Shown here in pieces: positions 39,548 to 50,687 of a stretch of DNA of 64,000 nucleotides. The stretch covers positions 5,614 through 69,613 of the forward strand of contig JAJSAD010000044.1 in assembly GCA_024281375.1 (NCBI GenBank). The letters are read 5' to 3'. Below the pieces are notes generated by a model that was not told the DNA's origin, made no database searches, and saw only the letters and a program-made list of their open reading frames with translations. A program made the position numbers and the translations under genes. This DNA is from Alphaproteobacteria bacterium. Lineage in GTDB: Bacteria; Pseudomonadota; Alphaproteobacteria; Caedimonadales; UBA9215. Within the stretch, counting starts at the first letter, position 1; each line of letters opens with the position of its first letter.

Positions 39548-39617
39548 ATTTCTTGATTCAATATATACAATGGGAAGAGATTCAATTCAAGGTGTTGTTT
39601 GAAAAAAATGAGCGTCT

Positions 39618-40604
39618 CTATGCCGTAACAGAGGCCTGAGATTGAAAAGCTGCCTGAGGGGTTGGAGAGACCAAAACAAGAGACTCTGTCTGAGGAACTT
39701 CAAGATCGAGCTCAAGGGGGGCACCAAGGGGAGCTAAGTCCACAAATTCGTAGGCTGATTTATCTTCCAAAAGCTGACGCATCAAACGATTGTTAAATTC
39801 ATGACCAATATTATGGCCCACACAACGCCCTTGAATCAGCGCGCCCGCAAGATAAAAATCTCCCATGGCATCCAGAACTTTATGACGCACCATCTCATTT
39901 TCATAACGCAGACCTTCTTTATTCATCACAGCGCCATCCTTGATCACAACGGCATTGTCCAAAGAAGAGCCCTTGGCAAGACCGGCTGCATAAAGATTTT
40001 GAGCATCCTCATAAAAACCAAAGCTACGGGCTTTTGAAATATCACCCGCAAAAGAATCCGTTGAGAACTCGTAAACATAGCTCTCAGGTTTAAGTCCTTC
40101 ACGGCCATTAAAATCAACACTCAACTCAAAGCCAAAAGTATCCGCTGGTTCAAAGCGCACCCAACGACGTTCTTCTTTAAGCGCCACTGGTTTTAAAATG
40201 CGGATAACCTTACGAGAGTCGCTTTGCTCAACCACACCGACCTGTTGAATAAGATCAACAAAAGCCGTTGCACTGCCATCCATAATAGGCATCTCAGGAC
40301 CGGACACTTTCACAAGGACATTGCTGATTTGACAAGCCGAGAGCGCTGCCATCAAGTGCTCAACCGTACTTAAGGTCACGCCATAGGAATTTCCCAAGGT
40401 TGTTGAAAAGCTTGTATCCACAACGTTTGTAATGCTGGCGATAATTTGATTTTTGTCTTTAAGGTCTGTGCGTTCGAAAATAATACCCATATTCGCCGCA
40501 AGGGGCTCCAGCTCTAAACGGGCTGGCAGACCGCTATGAACGCCAATTCCCTCGATGGAAACCGCGCTTTTCAAAGTCGTTTGGTTAGGGCAAACAGCTT
40601 GCAT
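39618..40604 (-). CDS. lpxC: UDP-3-O-acyl-N-acetylglucosamine deacetylase
   Basis: IEGIGVHSG, TVEHLMAAL, EMPIMDGSA and the HKVLDAMGDFYLAG motif. There is a ~30-aa C-terminal extension. Confidence 0.9.
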   Translation of the reverse strand: MQAVCPNQTTLKSAVSIEGIGVHSGLPARLELEPLAANMGIIFERTDLKDKNQIIASITNVVDTSFSTTLGNSYGVTLSTVEHLMAALSACQISNVLVKVSGPEMPIMDGSATAFVDLIQQVGVVEQSDSRKVIRILKPVALKEERRWVRFEPADTFGFELSVDFNGREGLKPESYVYEFSTDSFAGDISKARSFGFYEDAQNLYAAGLAKGSSLDNAVVIKDGAVMNKEGLRYENEMVRHKVLDAMGDFYLAGALIQGRCVGHNIGHEFNNRLMRQLLEDKSAYEFVDLAPLGAPLELDLEVPQTESLVLVSPTPQAAFQSQASVTA

Positions 40605-40787
40605 AAATAACTTTGCATCATTTTCTTATTCTATTATCACTATAAAACATTTTGCTCACGGCCAGCAAAGGAACAAGTATTACAAAATGTTACCTCATCC
40701 CCCCGAGACCAATACTTTTTTTTCACGTGCAATTTTGTCAAAATATTGCTATAAAGGAACATGGTAACGTGACATTGGACTTTCTTT

Positions 40788-42356
40788 ATGATCATTCAGT
40801 CTGAAACGACTGCACCCTTTACGCCTGCTTTTAGCTCCTTGCGTAAACTCTTTTGGCCCATTCATCGTCGCGAGCTTAAAAAATTCCTCCCTATGACCCT
40901 TATTATGTTTTGCGCGCTTTTCAATTACACGCTCTTGCGTAATATGAAGGATGCGCTCGTCATTACAGCCTCGGGGCCTGAGGTCCTCCCCTTCTTAAAA
41001 GCCTTTGTGATCTTGCCTTTTTCTCTACTCATTGTGGCCGGCTATGCGAAGTTATGTAATGTTTTTGACCGACAAAAAGTCTTCTATATTGTGATTTCAG
41101 TCTTTGTTGGCGTTTATATTTCCTATGCGTTGTTCATTCACCCCAATATTGAATACCTCCACATGGACCCCAAACGCCTTAAAGAGCTCCAGGAAACGTA
41201 CCCTAATTTTCAGCATTTCTTCTCGGTTATTGCCAATTGGAGCAGCAGCCTTTTTTACCTGTTTGCAGAGCTTTGGGGAGCAACGACCATCAGCCTCATG
41301 TTCTGGCAACTGGCCAACGAAATCACCCGGGTCCAAGAAGCCCGGCGTTTTTATACCATGTTCGGATTACTGGGGCACTTTGCGCTAATAGCAGCCGGAA
41401 AACTCGGGAAATCCCTTTGTGATATTCGCCATACCTCCGCGAGTGCTGATGAAGGATGGACCTATTTTATCAACTATAATATCGTGGCTATTGTGATTTC
41501 TGCTGGACTTATTATGCTCATTTATTGGTGGATGAATCACCGCGTTTTAACGGACCCGAAGTACTATGATGAATGCAATAAGATCGCGTCCAACAAAGCC
41601 ATCAAAACAAAGCTTTCCCTCGCGGAAACAATAAAATATGTTAGTCAATCTAAATACTTAGGCTATATTCTTCTTATGGTTATTGGCTATGGCCTTGCTA
41701 TGAATTTGTCAGGTATCTTGTGGAAAAAGCAGGTGCAAATTCTCTATCCCAATCCCCTTGATTATGCCAATTTTCTAGCAGAATTCGCCGTATGGGTTGG
41801 GTTCATTACCATCACCCTCATTTTTTGTCTCAAAGGAATGGTCGAGCGTTTTGGCTGGTATCGAGCCGCCATGGTCACGCCCCTTATTGTCGCGGCAACT
41901 GTCATTCCTTCCTTTATCTTTATGTTCTTTCAAGAGGACATCACTCCTCTTTGTTCCTGGACAGGTTGCACGGCGCTGACCCTTGCCGTTACCATTGGGG
42001 GAGCCCAACAAATCCTGAGCAAAAGTGGCAAATATTCCATGTTCGACCCCACAAAAGAGATGGCCTACATCCCCCTTGATCAAGAGCTCAAAATAAAAGG
42101 AAAAGCTGCTGTTGATGTTTCTGGGTATAGTCTTGCCAAAGCCAGCGGAGGCTATATCGCAGGCGCCCTCCTGGTTATCACAGCCGCAAGCGACTTGATG
42201 GTCATTGCGCCTTACTTAGCAGCCATTGTTATTGCTATTGTTATTGTGTGGATTATCGCCGTTAAGAAACTGAGTTTTCTATACCGTAGCCTTGTTAACA
42301 AAGCCAAACCCCGGGATGTACAGACCTTTACCAATCCAGAGAAAGTTATTAGATAG
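40788..42356 (+). CDS. tlc: ATP/ADP (nucleotide) translocase, Tlc/NTT family
   Basis: 522 aa and 12-TM-like. The N-terminus LRKLFWPIHRRELKKFLPMTLIMFCALFNYTLLRNMKDALVIT is typical of Rickettsia/Chlamydia NTTs. Confidence 0.9.
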   Translation: MIIQSETTAPFTPAFSSLRKLFWPIHRRELKKFLPMTLIMFCALFNYTLLRNMKDALVITASGPEVLPFLKAFVILPFSLLIVAGYAKLCNVFDRQKVFYIVISVFVGVYISYALFIHPNIEYLHMDPKRLKELQETYPNFQHFFSVIANWSSSLFYLFAELWGATTISLMFWQLANEITRVQEARRFYTMFGLLGHFALIAAGKLGKSLCDIRHTSASADEGWTYFINYNIVAIVISAGLIMLIYWWMNHRVLTDPKYYDECNKIASNKAIKTKLSLAETIKYVSQSKYLGYILLMVIGYGLAMNLSGILWKKQVQILYPNPLDYANFLAEFAVWVGFITITLIFCLKGMVERFGWYRAAMVTPLIVAATVIPSFIFMFFQEDITPLCSWTGCTALTLAVTIGGAQQILSKSGKYSMFDPTKEMAYIPLDQELKIKGKAAVDVSGYSLAKASGGYIAGALLVITAASDLMVIAPYLAAIVIAIVIVWIIAVKKLSFLYRSLVNKAKPRDVQTFTNPEKVIR

Positions 42357-42383
42357 TTTTTATGATCTCTACGATGTTACGGT

Positions 42384-42474
42384 GAGAGGTTACCACGACC
42401 CAAATAAAAATCGCTACGGCTGCTTCCTTCCGGATCTGACCGGGTTCACGAGCCATCTGCCCATGGAACCTCTC
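42384..42474 (-). ncRNA. ffs: signal recognition particle RNA (small 4.5S type)
   Basis: The minus strand contains the domain-IV consensus CCCGGTCAGATCCGGAAGGAAGCAGCC with its GGAA tetraloop. It is closed by the terminal helix GAGAGGTT...AACCTCTC. The ends are approximate. Confidence 0.85.
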
Positions 42475-42709
42475 ATTAAGAAAACTAACGATATTTGGGG
42501 GGCAACGCAAGAGGATTCTGTTTTTCTTGACTTAGACGAGGGGATGCCTTAAAAAGGATGTAAGGATTGTTGGTTAGTTTCTTAGTTTAACTCTAACAAT
42601 CTGAAAAAACTGCAAATAATTGCAGAATTAGTGTGTTTTAAAACGGGTGCCAAAAATGGGCTCATTTTAAAACCTTCTTTAGTCTAAAAAGATAGAGGAG
42701 ATAAATCTT

Positions 42710-43000
42710 ATGACATTCAAACCTTTACATGACCGCGTTCTTGTGCGTCGCATTGAGCAAGATTCTAAAACAAGTGGTGGTATTATTATTCCTGACAACG
42801 CCAAAGAAAAGCCTATTGAAGGTGAAGTGATTTCCGTTGGGTCAGGCGCCCGCGATGATTCCGGTAATATTATTGCCTTGGATGTGAAATCCGGTGATAC
42901 TATTGTCTTTGGAAAATGGTCCTGCACAGAAATCAAAGTTGATGGTGAAGACTTACTTATTATGAAAGAGTCTGATATCTTTGGAATCAAAGCCGCTTAG
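42710..43000 (+). CDS. groES: co-chaperonin GroES
   Basis: [29 protein letters not shown]... Confidence 0.95.
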   Translation: MTFKPLHDRVLVRRIEQDSKTSGGIIIPDNAKEKPIEGEVISVGSGARDDSGNIIALDVKSGDTIVFGKWSCTEIKVDGEDLLIMKESDIFGIKAA

Positions 43001-43140
43001 GACCCCATCCTTTGGCGCGTGATCTTTGAAATCATCGGGAGCTCATATTCCGCACGTATACAATAGACGTTTACGGATATTTCACCCCTCGTTTTCAAAT
43101 TCACACCCCAAATCATGAAGTCCTTTTAAACAAAATTTAA

Positions 43141-44808
<1,668 letters not shown>

Positions 44809-45097
44809 TCCAACTTTCTTTCGTTTCCACCTTTTTCTTAATACAAAGCCTCGAGGTCACTCGGGGCTTTCCTACTTCAAAAAAAGAACGCGGAGATGAA
44901 GAAATCAGACAGACGCAATTTGCTATAGAGCTGAAAGATAACAAGACAGTAGTAGTAATAATTACTGCTTCCGGCGGTTCTAGCAATCCTTCCTGGCAAA
45001 AATAATAACAGATACATCAATATTTATAAAAATTTTTACCAACTACCTAATGGGTATCCATATAGTAAGAAAAATTTTTTCATATTGAACTTAATAT

Positions 45098-45112
45098 TTG
45101 ACTTATAGTCAT
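45098..45112. promoter_or_regulatory. palindrome TTGACTTATAGTCAT (variant of the TTGAC-N5-GTCAA motif), followed by TAATAT
   Basis: 52 nt separate the site from ATG 45165. The equivalent spacing at 27929/27997 is 53 nt. Confidence 0.4.
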
Positions 45113-45164
45113 TAATATGTTCTTTTATGAGGCGAAAACAACCTTTTTGAAAGATGAAAACAAT

Positions 45165-45680
45165 ATGAACAAAGTAACTTTAGCTATTATGGCTCTTCTC
45201 TTCTCCCCCCTTACAACTCTTAACGCTTCTGATATTGCACTTAAAGAAGAAAAAATTGATAGAACAACACCTCACATTACCTATGATTTTCTAACAAAAA
45301 ATGTAGATATGTCCGCACAGTTTTCCACTCTCATGATCAATGGACAAGAGTGGCATTTTCACTGGCATATGGATATAAAGGCCCCTCTTGAGGACTATTT
45401 TCCTCCGTCAGCATACACCCTCTTTGTTAACGTACATACGCCTCTCCATGCAGATGCCGCAGGAATTTATGCGAGCTATGATATTTTTACAAAGTCTAAG
45501 ATAGCGGGGAAAGTGGAAAATGCTTTGTCTCCTTTTTATCTGACTATCCCAGAAAAATGTGCATTCCCCTCCCACTCAAAGGACAAAATGTATACAACAG
45601 CAGATTTTGGTTTCAATAACCCTTTAAAAGAAAAGGCTACTTTTCCTTTCATCAACCCCAATGATGATGAATCATCTTAG
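45165..45680 (+). CDS. secreted hypothetical protein, paralog A
   Basis: Signal MNKVTLAIMALLFSPLTTLNA (start moved from 45117). Shares GQEWHFHW / P.KC..PSHSKDKMY..ADF motifs with the next gene. Confidence 0.6.
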   Translation: MNKVTLAIMALLFSPLTTLNASDIALKEEKIDRTTPHITYDFLTKNVDMSAQFSTLMINGQEWHFHWHMDIKAPLEDYFPPSAYTLFVNVHTPLHADAAGIYASYDIFTKSKIAGKVENALSPFYLTIPEKCAFPSHSKDKMYTTADFGFNNPLKEKATFPFINPNDDESS

Positions 45681-45703
45681 AACTCTCTCACCTTTTTTAC
45701 ATA

Positions 45704-45733
45704 AACGCCAGAAAAATCACTGGCGTTTTTTCT
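45704..45733 (+). terminator. rho-independent terminator
   Basis: AACGCCAG-aaaaatca-CTGGCGTT followed by TTTTTTC. Confidence 0.8.
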
Positions 45734-45815
45734 TTACTTAATAAAAATAATCTGATAAATACTTACAAAAGTGTTTTTTTGACATTTTTATTTAACTCAA
45801 TTAGGATCCCCTCAT

Positions 45816-46433
45816 ATGATTAAAATATTTACCTTATTATCCATAATAACTTTAACGACCTTCACTAGTTTTTCAGCACAGGCCTCTGCCTCAGCGTCAG
45901 CCCAAGAAGAAGCCTCTGATAGATCTTATGTTCGCCAAGCGCCCTCTATTCAATTTTCTGACCTGAAACCGGCTCATTTAGAATTTAAAGAATCTACCAT
46001 TCATCTTGGGGATCAAACATGGTGCTTGCATTGGGTGGGACAACAATATCAACCCATTACAGCCACTTACCCAGAAGGTCAATATGACATTAGTGTTAGT
46101 CTTGTTGAGGATATCGGCCTTCATTCAGCAACTTCAGGTCCTAAATTTGCGACCTATTCTATTAAAGCCATACCAAAAGATGGGTCTGTTATTAAAAATA
46201 CCTTTTTACACTTTCACTTAATGCTTCCAATGGAATGTTCTGGTCATAGTGCAGCAAAAATGTACGATAACAAAGAATTTGAAGGGTACGATGCAGATTA
46301 TGATACACCTGCTTCTGACTCAGAATCGGAATCTGACTCTAGCTCTGACGATGAAGCCGCCCAAGGTGGATATGTGGATTTCGCGGATTTAAAAAATCGT
46401 CTAAGGGATCATCGCTCTTACCCTCTTGGATGA
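45816..46433 (+). CDS. secreted hypothetical protein, paralog B, with acidic Ser/Asp tail
   Basis: Signal MIKIFTLLSIITLTTFTSFSAQA. Motifs DQTWCLHW and PMECSGHSAAKMYDNKEF, with the tail SDSESESDSSSDDE. A TTGACA-N17-TAGGAT promoter candidate lies at 45778-45806. Confidence 0.6.
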   Translation: MIKIFTLLSIITLTTFTSFSAQASASASAQEEASDRSYVRQAPSIQFSDLKPAHLEFKESTIHLGDQTWCLHWVGQQYQPITATYPEGQYDISVSLVEDIGLHSATSGPKFATYSIKAIPKDGSVIKNTFLHFHLMLPMECSGHSAAKMYDNKEFEGYDADYDTPASDSESESDSSSDDEAAQGGYVDFADLKNRLRDHRSYPLG

Positions 46434-47389
46434 GTTTTTGCATAGACCTTAGCCAAATGGCTAGGGTCTATTTTTGTATAACGCTGAGTTGTGGAGAGTG
46501 AGCTATGCCCTAAGAGTTCTTGAATAGAACGCAAATCCGCCCCTCCTTGCAACAGATGAGTTGCAAAGGAATGACGCAGCGCATGAGGCGTTGCTGTTTC
46601 CGGTAATCCCATACTCAAGCGCAGCCGCTGCAATTGACGTTGAGCAACGGCCGGATTTAAGGGCCCTCCCCGTTTTCCTATAAAAAGGGGAGCACTGGGG
46701 GTGTGTTGCTGGGGATGCAACTGAATATAATCCTCAACTCTCTCTTTTACCTGAGGTAATAAGGGGACAAGACGCTCTTTTTTACCTTTTCCTTTAATGG
46801 TAAGAAAACGCCCCCCCTCTTTCATGCCATTAATATCCAGGGAAAGAGCCTCAGAAATCCGCAATCCACACCCATATAGCAAGGCAAACAAGGCTTGATC
46901 TCGGGCCTCTACCCAAGGTTCCTGTTCCTCCAAAGAGTTTTCAGACGTCAGAGCAATGGCCTCATCTTGATTTAAGGGCCGGGGAAGGCTATCCAAGAAT
47001 TTTGCAGCTTTTAGAATAAGAATAGCTTGGTTTTCAATATTATGATGTTTTTTAAGGTATTTAAAAAAGGTCTTTAAAGATGAAACCGCTCGGGCGTTCG
47101 ATCGATGACTCCCCCCCTCCCCTAAACGATTAGCTAGAAAGCTGCGAAAATCTCGTAGATCAAGTCTCGATAGGTCATTTAGTTTGAGAGCCGTCCCTCG
47201 ATGGTCTCTTTGAAAAACACAAAAACTCTTTAAATCATGGAGGTAATTTTTCACTGTATGGTCTGAAACTCGGCGTTCGAAGACCATATTCTTAATCCAC
47301 AAGGAAATAGCTTCCCTTAAATCAGGAGCCACAAAATCATAAAAAGGAGCAAGAAGTATGTCAATGTTCATAGAAACATTATTCCACAA
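46418..47389 (-). CDS. tyrosine site-specific recombinase, XerC/XerD family
   Basis: ARDQALFALLYGCGLRISE, HALRHSFATHLLQGGADLRSIQELLGHSSLSTTQRYTKI (R-H-R-Y catalytic set). Confidence 0.85.
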   Translation of the reverse strand: MWNNVSMNIDILLAPFYDFVAPDLREAISLWIKNMVFERRVSDHTVKNYLHDLKSFCVFQRDHRGTALKLNDLSRLDLRDFRSFLANRLGEGGSHRSNARAVSSLKTFFKYLKKHHNIENQAILILKAAKFLDSLPRPLNQDEAIALTSENSLEEQEPWVEARDQALFALLYGCGLRISEALSLDINGMKEGGRFLTIKGKGKKERLVPLLPQVKERVEDYIQLHPQQHTPSAPLFIGKRGGPLNPAVAQRQLQRLRLSMGLPETATPHALRHSFATHLLQGGADLRSIQELLGHSSLSTTQRYTKIDPSHLAKVYAKTHPRG

Positions 47390-47457
47390 AAAAATCCCCC
47401 ATCAAATGGAGGATTTTCAATTCTCTGATATAAAATCAAATATATATCTATTCAGTT

Positions 47458-47489
47458 TCAAAGTGTGGGTTTTAAAACCCACAGTTTGA
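47458..47489 (-). terminator. 32-bp near-perfect palindrome after rplT (terminator candidate)
   Basis: TCAAAGTGTGGGTTTTAAAACCCACAGTTTGA has one mismatch. It lies between the rplT stop and the Xer gene start. Confidence 0.5.
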
Positions 47490-47504
47490 AGGAGGATGGG
47501 TATG

Positions 47505-47861
47505 TTATGCAGCAGCCTTTGAAGCTTGATCCACAAGAGCTTTAAAAGCACTGGGATTATGAACTGCTAGGTCAGCCATCACTTTGCGGTCCACATCAAT
47601 GCCGGCTTTTGTCACACCGTCAATGAACTTAGAGTAGGTCAAACCATGCTCACGTACAGCCGCATTAATACGTTGAATCCACAAGGCGCGGAAATTGCGT
47701 TTGCGGGTTTTACGATCACGATACGCATATTGCAAAGCCTTATCAACGGTTTGCTTGGCAACGCGATAACAATTCTTTTTCCGGCCGCTATACCCTTTGG
47801 CTAATTTTAAAACTTTCTTTTGGCGGGCGTGTGTTGCAACACCTCTGGTAGATCTGGTCAT
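47505..47861 (-). CDS. rplT: 50S ribosomal protein L20
   Basis: [30 protein letters not shown]... Confidence 0.95.
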   Translation of the reverse strand: MTRSTRGVATHARQKKVLKLAKGYSGRKKNCYRVAKQTVDKALQYAYRDRKTRKRNFRALWIQRINAAVREHGLTYSKFIDGVTKAGIDVDRKVMADLAVHNPSAFKALVDQASKAAA

Positions 47862-47915
47862 TTGTCGTACTCTTTCTTAAAAATATCTCTATATATCTAG
47901 AATTATGGGGACAGC

Positions 47916-48116
47916 TTAGACGCCATAAGGCATAAATTTGCGAATTACTTTTGCGTTGGATTCACACATAATAGTGGTTCCACGAGCTTGACGAATGAAC
48001 TTTTTGCTTCTTTTGATCATTCCGTGACGCTTACCGGTCTGAGCCATTTTCAGCTTTCCCGTTGCCGTCATTTTAAAGCGCTTTTTCACGCTACTTTTTG
48101 TCTTCATCTTGGGCAT
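47916..48116 (-). CDS. rpmI: 50S ribosomal protein L35
   Basis: [31 protein letters not shown]... Confidence 0.95.
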   Translation of the reverse strand: MPKMKTKSSVKKRFKMTATGKLKMAQTGKRHGMIKRSKKFIRQARGTTIMCESNAKVIRKFMPYGV

Positions 48117-48305
48117 TTTATCTCTCTTTCTTATAATCTAGAGTTATCATTTAAGGTGGCAATTAGGCAGCCCGATTTACAGCCATGTACCACATACGTC
48201 CCTCATACTTAACAAACTTGCACCTCAAAATCAAGACCTATTTAAAAATAACCCACAAATCCTTCACACCCATCAGTTTTCTTCTAAGAAGCTATAAGGG
48301 GCTCA

Positions 48306-48340
48306 TTCTTCTCTTCTCTTCTCTTCTCTTCTCTTTTCTC
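48306..48340 (+). repeat. pentanucleotide microsatellite (TTCTC)5 with degenerate flanking units
   Basis: Five perfect TTCTC units at 48309-48333 within a pure-pyrimidine tract. Intergenic between rpmI and the MFS gene. Confidence 0.9.
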
Positions 48341-48553
48341 TCCCTTCAAACCCTTTGTCTTCCCCACGCACTTTTTGACAAAGAGACATTTTTTATCATT
48401 ATTAATGACTATTAGTCAAAAAATTAAGAAACATGGGACGGAAGAAAAAAAAGAAAAAGGTAAAAAGTAGATGGTAAGATTTTCATGAGGTGGCCCCAGC
48501 CACAAATATAAGGGGACTAGATTTTATCTTTTTCTTTTGATAAACTTACAAAC

Positions 48554-49929
48554 ATGACCTATATAAAAAATCAACAAGATGGTACCTCCTCCCATAGTGA
48601 GAAAGCCATTCCGAACACATTAAAACAAACAATTAGGGGCTGGATGGTTGTTGCGTGCGGTGCCTTGTTTTATATGTATCAGTTCATGATTCGCGTTTCT
48701 CCTAATATTATGAATGACGAACTCATGATGACTCTCTCCATTGATGCGGCGGCTCTTGGAGGGATTATGGGCGTTTATTATTGGTCTTATACAGCCATGC
48801 AAATTCCCCTAGGCATAACCATGGATCGCTTAGGTCCCCGATTTTTCTTATGTGGCGCAGCGCTTCTCTGTTCCTTTGCCAGTTATCTTTTCGGCCATAC
48901 AACGGATGCCTTTATTGCCGGCTTTGCTCGTTTTTGATGGGGGCCGGATCGGCTTGTGGGCTTATTGGGGCTATTAAACTCGGAACCATTTGGCTCGAAC
49001 CAAAACATGTGGCTAAGGTCACCGCCATGACGATGCTTTTTGGCACAATCGGAGCGACCCTTGGTGGCGCGCCCCTCAAAATACTTCTCTTAAAAGTTGG
49101 CTTGACTCATATGATGGAAACCCTTTCATTGATTGGTGTTGCCGTTGCCATTATTATCTATTTTGTGGTCAGCAATGGACCCGACCTCGATCACCGAGAT
49201 GAACTCCCTGACCTTTATGCCAATCGAAACCCCCTGATTGATATCGTCAAAATAGTCAAAACACCTCAAGCTTGGGTTGTCGCCATTTACGGCATGATTA
49301 TGTATATCCCTATTACGACAATAGGAGTCGTCTGGGGGGTATCCTACGTCGAACATGCCGTCGAGACATCGGAAACCATTGCGGCTTCCGTGGTATCAGC
49401 CATGTTCTTAGGGGCCGCTGTGGGAAGCCCAGCATTCGCGTTTCTCTCAGATTTCCTAAAAAAACGAAAACTGCCCATGCTCCTTGGAACCATTATCACG
49501 AGCAGTGTGTGGTTCGTAATCTTCTTGGCTGATCTCCCCTTAAGCTGGCTCTATGTCCTCTTTTTTATTGCAGGTTTTGCCTACACAGCTAAGGTCCTCA
49601 CCTTTGCCAGCATTGTTGAAATTATGCCCCTAAAAATGAGCGGTATTTCTTTAGCTTTTGTCAATATGATTGTCATGACGACAGGCATTATCTTTCACCC
49701 CATTATTGGGGCTCTCATTGATTATCATTGGGATGGGCAAATGGCAGCTTCCGGCATTCCAGCCTACACCACCGAAGATTATCAATTCGCGCTTCTCATC
49801 ATTCCTATTTGTCTTATAACCTCTGTGATCGTTCTGTGGTTCATGAAAGAAACCCACCCAGAACGTAAAAAGACAGACCACAGAGTCCCCCAAGAATATG
49901 GTGCCATTATCGACACAGATGTCTTGTAA
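48554..49929 (+). CDS. MFS transporter, split by a 1-nt deletion in a T-run
   Basis: ORF A ends ...FIAGFARF-TGA (48935-48937). The next frame reads ...SFLMGAGSACGLIGAIKLG... through to 49929. One extra T in TTTTT (48931-48935) restores GFARFLMGAGSACG. Confidence 0.8.
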
Positions 49930-49956
49930 GAAGGTCTGGGAGTTTTTTTGAAAGCA

Positions 49957-50598
49957 CTATACTCCCAGGACAATACCAACATCTCGTAAGACAAGATGGC
50001 CGCTATGTTTCTTTCCTTCCTTTTTGTAGTGACCTTTTTTGGGACGATGAAACGTCACCGTGTAATCTGCTTTTATAGCCTCTCCTTTTAGATCGCCTGT
50101 GTCAGCAGAAATACCAGATGGCATATCCAAGGAGACCACTTTGGCGGGGCTATCATTCACTTTTTTAACAACTTTCAGATAAGCGCCTCGTAAATTATCT
50201 TGTAGGCCTGTGCCAAATAAGCCATCAACAATAAGCTCGTAGTGCATATAATCGACATCATTAAAATCATAAACCTTGCCGTGCCAGGCATTTCGCTCTG
50301 CTTGTGCTTCGGGAGATTGAGGCGCATCGCTGGCCGTATCCATGGCAACAGTAACCTCAAAACCAGCCTCATGGAGCAAACGCGCTGTTCCATAAGCATC
50401 ACCGCCATTGTTACCAGGACCGCATAGGACAAGAGTTTTCAGAGGCTTAAACTTATCTTGAATAAAAGCAGCACAATGCTCGGCTGCGCGTTCCATCAGT
50501 TCTAGATAAGTGCCACCGGCCTTGATGTGAACACGCTCCATGGCGCGCATTTGATCTGCTGAGACGGCTTTCTCTTCGAGGTCTTTTTTATCTGACAT
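49957..50598 (-). CDS. NAD(P)H-hydrate epimerase (YjeF N-terminal domain only)
   Basis: VLCGPGNNGGDAYGTARLL, DGLFGTGL and SLDMPSG. Confidence 0.8.
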   Translation of the reverse strand: MSDKKDLEEKAVSADQMRAMERVHIKAGGTYLELMERAAEHCAAFIQDKFKPLKTLVLCGPGNNGGDAYGTARLLHEAGFEVTVAMDTASDAPQSPEAQAERNAWHGKVYDFNDVDYMHYELIVDGLFGTGLQDNLRGAYLKVVKKVNDSPAKVVSLDMPSGISADTGDLKGEAIKADYTVTFHRPKKGHYKKEGKKHSGHLVLRDVGIVLGV

Positions 50599-50687
50599 AT
50601 TAATCTCCCCTCCTTTAATCTTAGAAGAAAAATCTTAATAAAGGATGAAAAAAATTAATAAAAACAAGGAATTCTGAAAAAGTACTC

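Noticed and set aside
42292-42552. 86-aa track ORF downstream of tlc.
   Set aside because: It overlaps the SRP RNA gene on the opposite strand and has no RBS or domain, so it is spurious.
44847-44872. A hairpin, AAAGCCTCGA-ggtcac-TCGGGGCTTT, after groEL as a terminator.
   Set aside because: The stem is plausible, but no T-run follows on the plus strand, so it is too weak to list as a feature.
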